Source of the DNA: a virus
Virus record (IMG/VR): IMGVR_UViG_3300027754_000039
Location: 117,589-181,588 of that record
Direction: 5' to 3' (one strand)
Length of the DNA: 64,000 nt
Shown here: in pieces, positions 50,632-59,700 of the stretch
Layout: every line of letters begins with the position of its first letter
Numbering within the stretch: the stretch's first letter is position 1
Translations under genes and position numbers: made by a program
The notes under the pieces: generated by a model
Told to the model about the DNA's origin: nothing
What the model saw: only the letters and a program-made list of their open reading frames with translations
Databases searched by the model: none

Positions 50632-51113
50632 TTATATAAAAAATAATACGTGCCGTTATTAACTTGCTTCATTTCCAACTTAGTTGCTATAAGCGGAGCC
50701 ATCTTTTTATACAAATCTTTTCTAGAAGCTTCTTTAGCTGAAAAGAATATAAGATTGGATTTTTCTCGTTTGATTTTATCAACTACTGCATTGATAACAA
50801 TACCGAAGATCTTCGCTGCATCAGAACCTCCTAATCCAGTAATACCTTTACCCTTTTTAACATCTCTAAATTCAACATGATATCCTTCGCCATCATTAAA
50901 CATATCAAGTACTTCTTCAGGTAATAGTTTGCCCGCGGCGATAATAGCATTATCTGGCAAATTTAGGTATTCTAAAGAAGTAATGTCTATTGCATATTTT
51001 TGATTGTTAGGGCCAGTAAAGGTAGCAGTGAAATCTGTTTCTTCACCCTCACGCCATCTTATTTTTTCTTTGGTATCAAATAGCTCTTTTAAAAGTAATT
51101 CTAGTTTTATCAT
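50628..51113 (-). CDS. MIKLELLLKE-leader protein, distant family X paralog
   Basis: GLGGSDAAKIFGIVINAV...IFFSAKEASRKDLYKKM. Confidence 0.65.
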   Translation of the reverse strand: MIKLELLLKELFDTKEKIRWREGEETDFTATFTGPNNQKYAIDITSLEYLNLPDNAIIAAGKLLPEEVLDMFNDGEGYHVEFRDVKKGKGITGLGGSDAAKIFGIVINAVVDKIKREKSNLIFFSAKEASRKDLYKKMAPLIATKLEMKQVNNGTYYFLYK

Positions 51114-51114
51114 T

Positions 51115-51474
51115 TTATTTATTTTTAATTAACAACTCTCCTAACACTTCAATTCTACCAACTAACTCTTGAAAAGCTATTTGTTCAATAGACATTGTTT
51201 TGTTAGTAGCTTCGTATAATTGATTTAACAACTCTACATATTCTTCACGAGCCTTAGTTAAATCCAATTCTCCTTCAGCGGCTTTTTCATAGTAAGGTAG
51301 TTTTACCTTGTAATGATGCCAAGTTAGCAAAGCTAATCCACCTTTTTCTTTAGTAGTGTCTGTAATTGATTCAGCTCCGCTTAATCGAGTATCTGCAAAT
51401 TCTTCAAACGCTTTTTCTGATGTAGTTTCCTTTTCTTTAGGAGCCTCGGATAGTATGTTTTTGAGTTTGATCAT
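51115..51474 (-). CDS. MIKLKNIL-leader helical protein
   Basis: Leader; late-type motif at 51481-88. Confidence 0.7.
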   Translation of the reverse strand: MIKLKNILSEAPKEKETTSEKAFEEFADTRLSGAESITDTTKEKGGLALLTWHHYKVKLPYYEKAAEGELDLTKAREEYVELLNQLYEATNKTMSIEQIAFQELVGRIEVLGELLIKNK

Positions 51475-51496
51475 TTTAATATAAATATGTAAAAGA

Positions 51497-51796
51497 CTAT
51501 TTAATTTCTACATTTAAACCTTGACGCAATAAAGCATTGCATATAGGAGTTAGCTTTTCTACCGTGCCTGAATACACTACACACTTACCATTAAGATGTA
51601 CTGTTAAAGCCATTTGTTCTGCCTCGATAAGTTTTTTATTGCAATACTTTATTAAACATGAAATTACATGATCAAAGCTGTTCACGTCGTCGTTGTAAAG
51701 TATTAACGAGCTTGCAGGTGGCTCCATTGCATTGCTTATAAGAGTATCCATAATAGTATCTATGTCTTCCTCTATTTCTATTTCTGTTGAGTTCAT
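51497..51796 (-). CDS. clpS: ClpS N-degron adaptor
   Basis: LILYNDDVNSFDHVISCL...AEQMALTVHLNGKCVV. Confidence 0.88.
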   Translation of the reverse strand: MNSTEIEIEEDIDTIMDTLISNAMEPPASSLILYNDDVNSFDHVISCLIKYCNKKLIEAEQMALTVHLNGKCVVYSGTVEKLTPICNALLRQGLNVEIK

Positions 51797-51807
51797 ATTA
51801 GTCTTGT

Positions 51808-52092
51808 TTATCGACCTTCATATTGCCATAGCACAGCATTACAATATGCATGCACAGCACCTTCAGTCATATTTGTATAATGATCATGTTGTAAGTGAAT
51901 TGGATACGTTAAAAATCCAGGAGGGAATAGTTTCCAATCAATATCTTTACTTGTAATTTGTTCAGGAGGATTTGAATCCAACGTCTCTTTACAATACATA
52001 CAACAATTGTTTTGCTCTTTAATGTATTGCATTCTAACTTCTCTTCTTTGTTGTTGTGTTAGCTTTGTGTAATCAACTGGTAAATTATACAT
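51808..52092 (-). CDS. Endonuclease VII-like (His-Me finger) protein
   Basis: CMYC...HLQHDHYTNMTEGAVHAYCN. Confidence 0.7.
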   Translation of the reverse strand: MYNLPVDYTKLTQQQRREVRMQYIKEQNNCCMYCKETLDSNPPEQITSKDIDWKLFPPGFLTYPIHLQHDHYTNMTEGAVHAYCNAVLWQYEGR

Positions 52093-52165
52093 ATATCATT
52101 ATTTACATAAATATAATTTATTACTTTCAAAGTGCCAAATATCCTTTTGATAAATTCAAAAGAAA

Positions 52166-52195
52166 TCAGTAGAAAAAGCATAATTATGCTCTTTT
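52166..52195 (-). terminator. Terminator with TTTTCTACTGA tail
   Basis: AGCATA-AT-TATGCT followed by TTTTTCTACTGA. Confidence 0.55.
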
Positions 52196-52204
52196 AATAT
52201 TAGT

Positions 52205-52402
52205 TTAAATTAAATCTTTTAGCTTGATAATATCTTCTGATTTAGGTTCCATTAACTTTTCTATTCGCATAGTAAGTAAAGGTCTTCCATTTATAATTGG
52301 AAGTCCATATTCATCATACTCAATAGATTTAACTTTAACTCGCTTGTTTTTAAATCTACCTACTCGTACGATATCTCCTATTTCAATTGGGATCTTTATC
52401 AT
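52205..52402 (-). CDS. Small KOW/SH3-like protein ending in IKLKDLI
   Basis: IEIGDIVRVGRFKNKRVKV; leader-like motif at the C-terminus. Confidence 0.65.
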   Translation of the reverse strand: MIKIPIEIGDIVRVGRFKNKRVKVKSIEYDEYGLPIINGRPLLTMRIEKLMEPKSEDIIKLKDLI

Positions 52403-53316
52403 TTATTTTTAACTGACTTAATAAATTGTTGGAGAGCTTTTGCATATTCTCTATTAAGACTAAAGCCCATAGGAGTATCTGTTAAGCTATCAGAGTTATC
52501 GTATACTTCAATTATATCTTCAACACTATATACTGGTGAGAACTTTTCCTTAGCTGCTAATTTATTATATTTATCAACCATTGGTTTAAAGAATGGCGCA
52601 GCTTTAGTTAGCTTATGAACAAAATTGTCTTTAGGTTCAAATTTCCATGTATTTAAAAAAACTTGGGAATCAACATATGCTTCAAAAGTACCTTCACCTC
52701 CTATCCTTATAGTTTCTTCTTCACTTGGTGGGCCATCAAATATAATCTTAAGTAACTCAGGGGTAAAAATAAAATCATTATTTATTTTAGTAGCATATAC
52801 TACACGAACGCTATTCTCATTATTAGCAGTACCTTCAAACTTAAATGCAACTTTTGGATCTATAGTCCAAGATTGTGAGTTTCTTATTGGACTATACTTT
52901 AAATTTTTAAAACGAAATACCTCTCTACCACCTACTTTAACAATTGTATATTGTTTTTTCATAAATGCAAATCTGAGAGAATCTGTTTTTATAGATGTAC
53001 CTCGATATGCCATTTTACCAATAGGAGGTTGTAACACTTTAGGAAACTCTTTAGCTAAAGTTTGTAATAACTCTTTATTCTTTGCAAAGTATTTTGCAGT
53101 ACTAGAATCAGAGCTACTTAGCCAATCACTAATGACTACATACATCTTACCTTCCCATGGAGTATCAGGTTCTACTGGCTCTTCAGGTGCTTTTTGCAGC
53201 TTAGTTAAGTCAGGATCCTCTCCAAACAAAACATTACCAACTTTTTTTTGTATAGCTGGAGGAAGAGCTTCATATAAAGCCTTTACTTCCTTAAGAATTT
53301 GTTTATTACTCTTCAT
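52399..53316 (-). CDS. Leader-class protein with R-S-E type ADP-ribosyltransferase-like domain
   Basis: MKSNKQILKE; AYRG...SQSWTIDPKVAFKF...SEEETI. Confidence 0.65.
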   Translation of the reverse strand: MKSNKQILKEVKALYEALPPAIQKKVGNVLFGEDPDLTKLQKAPEEPVEPDTPWEGKMYVVISDWLSSSDSSTAKYFAKNKELLQTLAKEFPKVLQPPIGKMAYRGTSIKTDSLRFAFMKKQYTIVKVGGREVFRFKNLKYSPIRNSQSWTIDPKVAFKFEGTANNENSVRVVYATKINNDFIFTPELLKIIFDGPPSEEETIRIGGEGTFEAYVDSQVFLNTWKFEPKDNFVHKLTKAAPFFKPMVDKYNKLAAKEKFSPVYSVEDIIEVYDNSDSLTDTPMGFSLNREYAKALQQFIKSVKNK

Positions 53317-53333
53317 ATTAATAAATATCTAAA

Positions 53334-54008
53334 TTATTTCTTCTTCGGAAGGTTATTTAATCTCTCCTGGTAATAAGGACCTGTCTTTATCTTTTGATCT
53401 TTCAAAGACTTTTTATCATTATGCACAGGAACAGGTTCTCCAGTAACTTCATCTATGTAATACTTTTTATTGGCACCCCATGGAGACCCTACATAAATAA
53501 AATAACAATTGAAACAAAGAAATTGAACATTCTCCAAAGCATAGTTTTGTTTATTACCATCTATCCAATGCATCTTAAGTGGCATATCATAATCATATTG
53601 CCTACGCTCTTGAAACCCACAACAGTCACATCTCTCTTGCTTCCACCCTTCATTTATCAAACGCTTTTTAAAAGAATGCAAATTGAATTTAGGATGTTTA
53701 TTAGCAAATATCTCATCGATAGGTGTTGGCTGAAATGCCCAAGGTGCTGAAGCTTTTCTTCTATATCGAGTTTGAGGAAGTACTAATCGTTTAGCAAATC
53801 CATTCTCTTTGTGTAATTGATATAGTGTCTTACCTGTTGGCTCGTCAATATACATCTTAGCATATTTCTTCCAGGTAGCAAATGATACATGTAACCAAAC
53901 TGCCGCTTCTGAATTAGAAGTTGTATTGGCCATTGCATAGCGCAGCTGCGATTCCTTTAATTCATATCCCTTGTATTGTCCAAATGTACCTTTTCCATTT
54001 ATTCCCAT
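53334..54008 (-). CDS. HNH endonuclease-like protein
   Basis: RCDCCG...LKMHWIDGNKQNYALENVQFLCFNC. Confidence 0.75.
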   Translation of the reverse strand: MGINGKGTFGQYKGYELKESQLRYAMANTTSNSEAAVWLHVSFATWKKYAKMYIDEPTGKTLYQLHKENGFAKRLVLPQTRYRRKASAPWAFQPTPIDEIFANKHPKFNLHSFKKRLINEGWKQERCDCCGFQERRQYDYDMPLKMHWIDGNKQNYALENVQFLCFNCYFIYVGSPWGANKKYYIDEVTGEPVPVHNDKKSLKDQKIKTGPYYQERLNNLPKKK

Positions 54009-54054
54009 AAACCTTATTTTAATATAAATATAAGATTGTTATATATTCGGCCAA

Positions 54055-54083
54055 TCAGTAGAAAAGCTAGCAAAAATGCTAGC
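54055..54083 (-). terminator. Terminator with TTTTCTACTGA tail
   Basis: GCTAGCA-TTTT-TGCTAGC followed by TTTTCTACTGA. Confidence 0.65.
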
Positions 54084-54096
54084 CTTCTATTTAATT

Positions 54097-55008
54097 TTAG
54101 TTAATTTCTTTAACCATAGTTTTTAAATCTTCTTCTGATAAAGCTACAAATACATAAACACCTGGAGCGTCTGTTGCATAAAACATATAATCGCCTGGAT
54201 TAACTCCTGTCGATCCTTGACCAATCTCTCCTAAATACTTATATTCATTATATTCATCAGTTCCAGCATCTAATACTTTATATGTTTTATTAACCCATAA
54301 AGCTGTCATTCTACCTGGTCCTGTAGGGATAGCAGCAATTTCAGATACTGACTGTTTAGCTTGATGTGCTGCTTGAACACTTGCTAATGTAGGTAAAGGC
54401 TCTCCAAATTTTCTTTCGCCACGCTCCCAAGCATATCCTTCTTTCAAAGTCTTTTTAGATTTGCTAGGCTTTTTAGATTCCATAAATTGGTCATCACCCA
54501 TCTCTTCCATTTCTTCAAAATACTCTTCAATGCTTTTATAATTTCTTGACACTGCTTTCCATTCGTCATTCATTTCTTTAACAGCAGTCTTTATTTGTGA
54601 AGGACTAGCATATTCAAAAGTTGGAGAAGACATTATGAAGTCTCCGATTTTATCTAAATCATCTTTTGTAGCTACTATTTCACGCATACCTGCCATACCA
54701 CCTGACATTCCTCTTATTCTTCCTAATCCATCATCTAGAGCCATTTCAATAGCATCATCTAGATACTCATCTAACTCAGGAACTTTATTCACTAATTTTA
54801 AATTGGCTTTTGGATCGGTAGTGCTCATTATAATACTTAACTCATCCTTAATGTCTTTGACAATCTCTTTTGCACGTTTTGCATCTTTACCACCCTTTTT
54901 CATCATAGCATGTAAAATAGCTACGTTTTCTTTTGGATTACGATAAGTTTCAGTTAAAGCTTTTTTAACTTCTTCTCTAATTACTTTTTGTAAGTCTAGT
55001 TTGTTCAT
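54097..55008 (-). CDS. Leader-class multidomain protein (MNKLDLQKVIREEVKKALTE)
   Basis: Leader plus internal xxE junction-like motifs (FME, TLKE, SVSE). Confidence 0.7.
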   Translation of the reverse strand: MNKLDLQKVIREEVKKALTETYRNPKENVAILHAMMKKGGKDAKRAKEIVKDIKDELSIIMSTTDPKANLKLVNKVPELDEYLDDAIEMALDDGLGRIRGMSGGMAGMREIVATKDDLDKIGDFIMSSPTFEYASPSQIKTAVKEMNDEWKAVSRNYKSIEEYFEEMEEMGDDQFMESKKPSKSKKTLKEGYAWERGERKFGEPLPTLASVQAAHQAKQSVSEIAAIPTGPGRMTALWVNKTYKVLDAGTDEYNEYKYLGEIGQGSTGVNPGDYMFYATDAPGVYVFVALSEEDLKTMVKEIN

Positions 55009-55014
55009 TTTAGT

Positions 55015-55344
55015 TTATTTTACTGGTACTCGTTTAATCTCTGTCTTCGTACGCACAATAGCTGTCTTATCTAATTTCTTAGCAACGTCACTTAATTTAG
55101 TACCCATTACCGTAGCACCTGGACCTGCAATATCAACTACTACAGTGTCAGGTTTAACGCCTGGCTTAATAGTTAATTTAACAGGATAGTCTCTTTTCAT
55201 TTCAGGTCGCTTAGTAAAAAGTTCTAATTCCTTAGTAATCTCTTTAGCTTTTTGAGATGTAATTACTATTCTACGAAACGCATCTTCAGTTAATACATTT
55301 TGAATTTCTTCTTTTATTATTGCTCTTAACTCTGATGCTTTCAT
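55015..55344 (-). CDS. Leader-class protein (MKASELRAIIKEEIQNVLTE)
   Basis: Leader; late-type motif at 55388-95. Confidence 0.7.
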   Translation of the reverse strand: MKASELRAIIKEEIQNVLTEDAFRRIVITSQKAKEITKELELFTKRPEMKRDYPVKLTIKPGVKPDTVVVDIAGPGATVMGTKLSDVAKKLDKTAIVRTKTEIKRVPVK

Positions 55345-55407
55345 TGTTTCAAAAAATTGTCTTGTTTGATATTCGTCGCCTACGTTAATAAATATGTAGT
55401 TTATTAA

Positions 55408-56691
55408 TTATTGTATAACTTTTACAATCTTTCCATTTGAGTAGTGATGTAAAACTAATCCTTGATAATCAGAAGTTACTGGTCGTCCCAGTAAATCTGT
55501 TATTTTAATAAGATCAGCAAGTTGCTCAGAGATTTTATTATCAATGTAAATTATATTTGAGTAGGTAAATGTTTGATTAAAATCAACTTGTTTTAATCTG
55601 TAATAATTAATTACATTTTTTATAAATGTATAGTCTTCAAATAAATAAAAACTTGGGGTACTAATTGTGCCTGCTCCTTTTATATTAGCAATGTCATTCC
55701 AATTTATACCGTCAGTACTTCTTTCTAATTCATAAAAATCATTTTTAGTTTCTGTAGCTGTAATCCAAGTTAAGTTATTATATTTGTCTTTGTTTTTTCC
55801 TTCAAAATTAACTAATTCAATTGGTAAATTACTACACATAGCTCCGGAAGTAGCACTTAAAACATAATTACCATAAACTGATGTTGATGAATAATATCCT
55901 ACACTTATAAAATAAATTATACCCATTCCTGAACACCAAGTTACTGTTGAATAAAGACTACTTAAAGCACAAACACCATCATCATCATTACAAGTAACTT
56001 CAATCATGCTATTTAATACACTACAAGACCCAGTATATACTCTTATTTCAGTATCAAAATTTGTAGATGCGTTACAAGTTGATGCTGATAATTGAGTATT
56101 GTTTCCTACTACTTTATACCAAACATTTGAACCAAAAGTACCACAATTTGATATAGATGTAGGTACATCACTTATTGCTCCATTAGTTGATAAAACTCCA
56201 CTATTGTAAGGTAAACTAGTAATATTCGTAGCATTAATACAATTATCATTTGCTATAATAGAAACAACACAAGTTTCTCTATAAGTAAAAATAGTGCTTG
56301 AAGATAAATTTGCGCAAGAGTAGTTTGTTAATAATATTGAGTATGCTCCTGAGGTTGCGCAAGCCCAAACAATAGATGCTTTGGTGCCACTACAAATAGG
56401 ACCATTATCGTCATTTGAAGTTACTAAAATTGCGGTTACGGGGTTAGTACCAGAATATAGTCTTAAATAAGTATCATTTGCATTAATACTAGTGCAACTA
56501 CTTAATGTGTAAGTACAGCCGGCAGTTGCATTAAATGTCCAATATCTTTTAGCATTAGCACTAACGGTAGTACTTTGCATTATTGCATTAGGAGTAATAA
56601 CTCCCATATTTGTTAAAGAAACTGTGCTACAAAATTGGGCTTTAGTAATTAAAAAACTTAAAGTAAATATTATTGTTAATAGTTGTTTCAT
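55408..56691 (-). CDS. Secreted Cys-rich protein with LPIEL Ig-like domain and type A-like T9SS CTD
   Basis: Signal peptide A^Q; LPIELVNFEG...W.TATE..ND...ERS.DG...YYRLKQVDF; KITDLLGR...GKIVKV tail. Confidence 0.8.
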   Translation of the reverse strand: MKQLLTIIFTLSFLITKAQFCSTVSLTNMGVITPNAIMQSTTVSANAKRYWTFNATAGCTYTLSSCTSINANDTYLRLYSGTNPVTAILVTSNDDNGPICSGTKASIVWACATSGAYSILLTNYSCANLSSSTIFTYRETCVVSIIANDNCINATNITSLPYNSGVLSTNGAISDVPTSISNCGTFGSNVWYKVVGNNTQLSASTCNASTNFDTEIRVYTGSCSVLNSMIEVTCNDDDGVCALSSLYSTVTWCSGMGIIYFISVGYYSSTSVYGNYVLSATSGAMCSNLPIELVNFEGKNKDKYNNLTWITATETKNDFYELERSTDGINWNDIANIKGAGTISTPSFYLFEDYTFIKNVINYYRLKQVDFNQTFTYSNIIYIDNKISEQLADLIKITDLLGRPVTSDYQGLVLHHYSNGKIVKVIQ

Positions 56692-56727
56692 TTTAGTAAA
56701 TATTATTGTTAATAGTTGTTTTATTTT
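56662..56727. repeat. 33-bp tandem duplication at the gene junction
   Basis: agtaaatattattgttaatagttgttt(c/t)atttt twice, one mismatch. Confidence 0.9.
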
Positions 56728-59700
56728 AATAAAGTAACGTGTCCTATTTTTTCTATTTTTACATTAGCATTGTTTATTGCTATTATTACATATACATACA
56801 CTCCATTTTGACAATATATACCTTTAAATGTTCCATCCCATCCCTTAGTAATATCAGTACTTACAAATATTTGCTCACCCCATCTATCATATATCCACAT
56901 TTTGTATGTTTTAATACCAGATCCTTTTGGTTTAAATACATCATTTTCACTATCACCATTAGGAGTAAAGGCATTTGGGATATATAATAAAAATTCTTCT
57001 TTAATTTCAAGTATTTTAGTTATTGTGTCTTTACATCCAAACTCTGTAGTTACAACCATAGTAATTGGGAATTTATCTTGCACATCATAAATTCTTGTTG
57101 GAGTGAATTCGGTTGGAGTGTCTATATTACTAAATTCCCAATTGTAAGTATAATTTTTATTTAATGGTGAAGGATAAAACGTTACTTTATTTTTAGAAAC
57201 AGTGGTTGGATCTTGCGGATCCCATATAAAATTAGCAATTGGAGTTGGATAAACATTTATAACGTTTGGATATTTGAATATTTCACGGCAGCCATTAGTA
57301 CCAGTTGACACTGTTTCTAAAGTGTAACTTCCTGCAGGTAAACAAATAATAATACTATCACCATAATACACTTTATCCTTATTAAATACGTAATTTACAA
57401 ACCCAGCATCTTTTATTTTTGAATTATATAATGCACAAAATGGTTCACATTTATTAGCATTTACTTGAAAGTTAGGAATAGGAGCACTATTTACATTTAA
57501 TGTAAAGGTATGGTTTAGAGTATATTGAGGGCAAGAAACATCAAACACAGATATATTGTAAATCATTGTTCCAATACTTGTACCAATTTGTATACTTCCG
57601 TTTGCGCTAGATAGTCCTACTTCTGGTATCCAATTGTAAGCATAATTTCCACTTCCATTTCCTGCTTGTGCGGTTATAGTAAAGCTATCTCCTTTACAAA
57701 TTGTTTTATTTGAAGGAGTATTTTGCCAAACAATAGGATTTAATACTTGTAAGTTAGTACTTCCATAAGTTTTACATCCGTTTAAATCAACAGTTAAGTT
57801 ATAAGTTCCTGTGTTTAATAAATTAACATTAGGTATAAATAAATTTTGTGTAATTGAATTATATCCAGGACCTGTCCAAGTATATGAAGAAGCTCCTAAT
57901 GGACCAGTAACATTATAATTACTATTGTAACATAACTGAATGTATGGAGTTAATGTAAAATTAATTTTAGGATTAACTAATAATGTAGTTGTATTTGTGT
58001 TATAACAAGTTATATTTCCATTTGTAAATGCAGCTGTAACTGTATAATTTCCATTCCAACTTGAATTTAGATTTTGGAAATATGTTATTGGTTGGGGTAC
58101 ATTAAAATTATTAGGGCCGGACCAAGTGTATGAAATAGCTCCTTGAGCTGTTGCTGTTAAAGCAGCATTGTTGTTTTCACAAGCAATTATTTGTGGTATA
58201 ACAGTTATTGAGTTAACTAGTACTATAGAAAGATTTGTTGTGTTATAAGTTGTACAAGAAACTGAACCAATACTAAATACTGCTGCTATGCTATAAGTTC
58301 CATTTAAGTTTGGTTGAGCATTAAATGTATATGAAGGTAATGTTCCCGTAAATCCATTTGTGGAAGTCCAAATATAATTAGGATTTCCTGCTGCTGTAGC
58401 TGTTATTGATATGTTTGTGTTTGGGCAAGCATTTTGAAATGGTATAACAGAAATCTGATTCATTGGAACAACAGATACATTTGATACTGCCGTTGAAGAA
58501 CAAACTAAGGTAGTGCTAGGACTTGTAAACGTAGCTGTAACAGAATAGTTGCCTGAGTTAGCAGGTGTTACTGATATTAGGATAGGATTTTGTTGAGTAT
58601 TATTATAATTAGGTCCTGTCCAACTAAATGAATTTGCTCCTAATACACTTGCATTTAAGTTTACATTTGTGCCTTGACATTGAGTGTAGGTAGAAATTAC
58701 AGATACTTGTGCTATAGGTACTATTACTAAATTACTATTTGAAGTTGAACTACAAACACCACCATTTGTAAATGTATTTACTACCGTAACAGAGTATGTT
58801 CCAGTATTATTTGGAATTGAACTTGCAATTAATGGATTTGCAAGATTAGAATTAAATCCATTTGGTCCAAACCAATTGTAACTAGTTGTACCGGCAGCAC
58901 TTGTTGTAACAGATAGTGAAACAGGCGAGCCTTGGCAGACCGGTCCGGTATTTGAAACAGAAGTTATTGTTGGTGTAGGGTTAACAGTTACTAAAGTTGT
59001 TTGAGTTCCAACACAACCAGCTGTATTTGTAAATGAAACTGAATAAATAGTTGATGCAATTGGATTCGCAATAACGTTAGGTCCGCTAATAGTATTTAAG
59101 GTTGCCGGCGGAGCCCAAGTATATGTTGGAGCACCGTTTGCAGTTAAGGCAGATGTATTTCCCGAACAAATTGTACCGCTGGTAATTGTAATAGGATTTA
59201 ATGGAGTTGTAGTAACTGAAACAACAGCTGTTCCTGTTTTACAACCAAGGTTATCAGCAACGTTAACAGTATATGTACCAGATGTTAATCCGGTTGCAAC
59301 TTGCGTATTTTGATTCGTAGGAGTCCAAGTATAAGTATATGCTGGATTACCTCCTAAAACAGTAACAGTAGCATTTGATGTAGGACAAGATGGTGTACTT
59401 AAAGCAGTAACAGTTAAACAAGGACCAGTTTGCCAAAACATACCCGCCATATTTAATGAATAACAGTCGCCGGTACTTGTAATACCATAGTTTGCGGTTG
59501 TTTGTCCGTTTACTGCTGGAGCACCAGGTGCAGGAATGTAATCCCATATTTGCTGGCTTGCAATAGGAAACCCTGCATTATTTACAAGGCTATTCATACG
59601 TAAGTTAGGAGAAGAAATCCTTTGTAAATCTCCTACCAACATAAAATTTTGAGTTGTTGTAGGATTACCACAAACATTAAAACCAGTAATTAAACTGTTA

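Noticed and set aside
53334-54008. HNH gene as part of a self-splicing intron
   Set aside because: It is free-standing between intact genes with its own upstream motif; no interrupted host gene or group I core was recognised.
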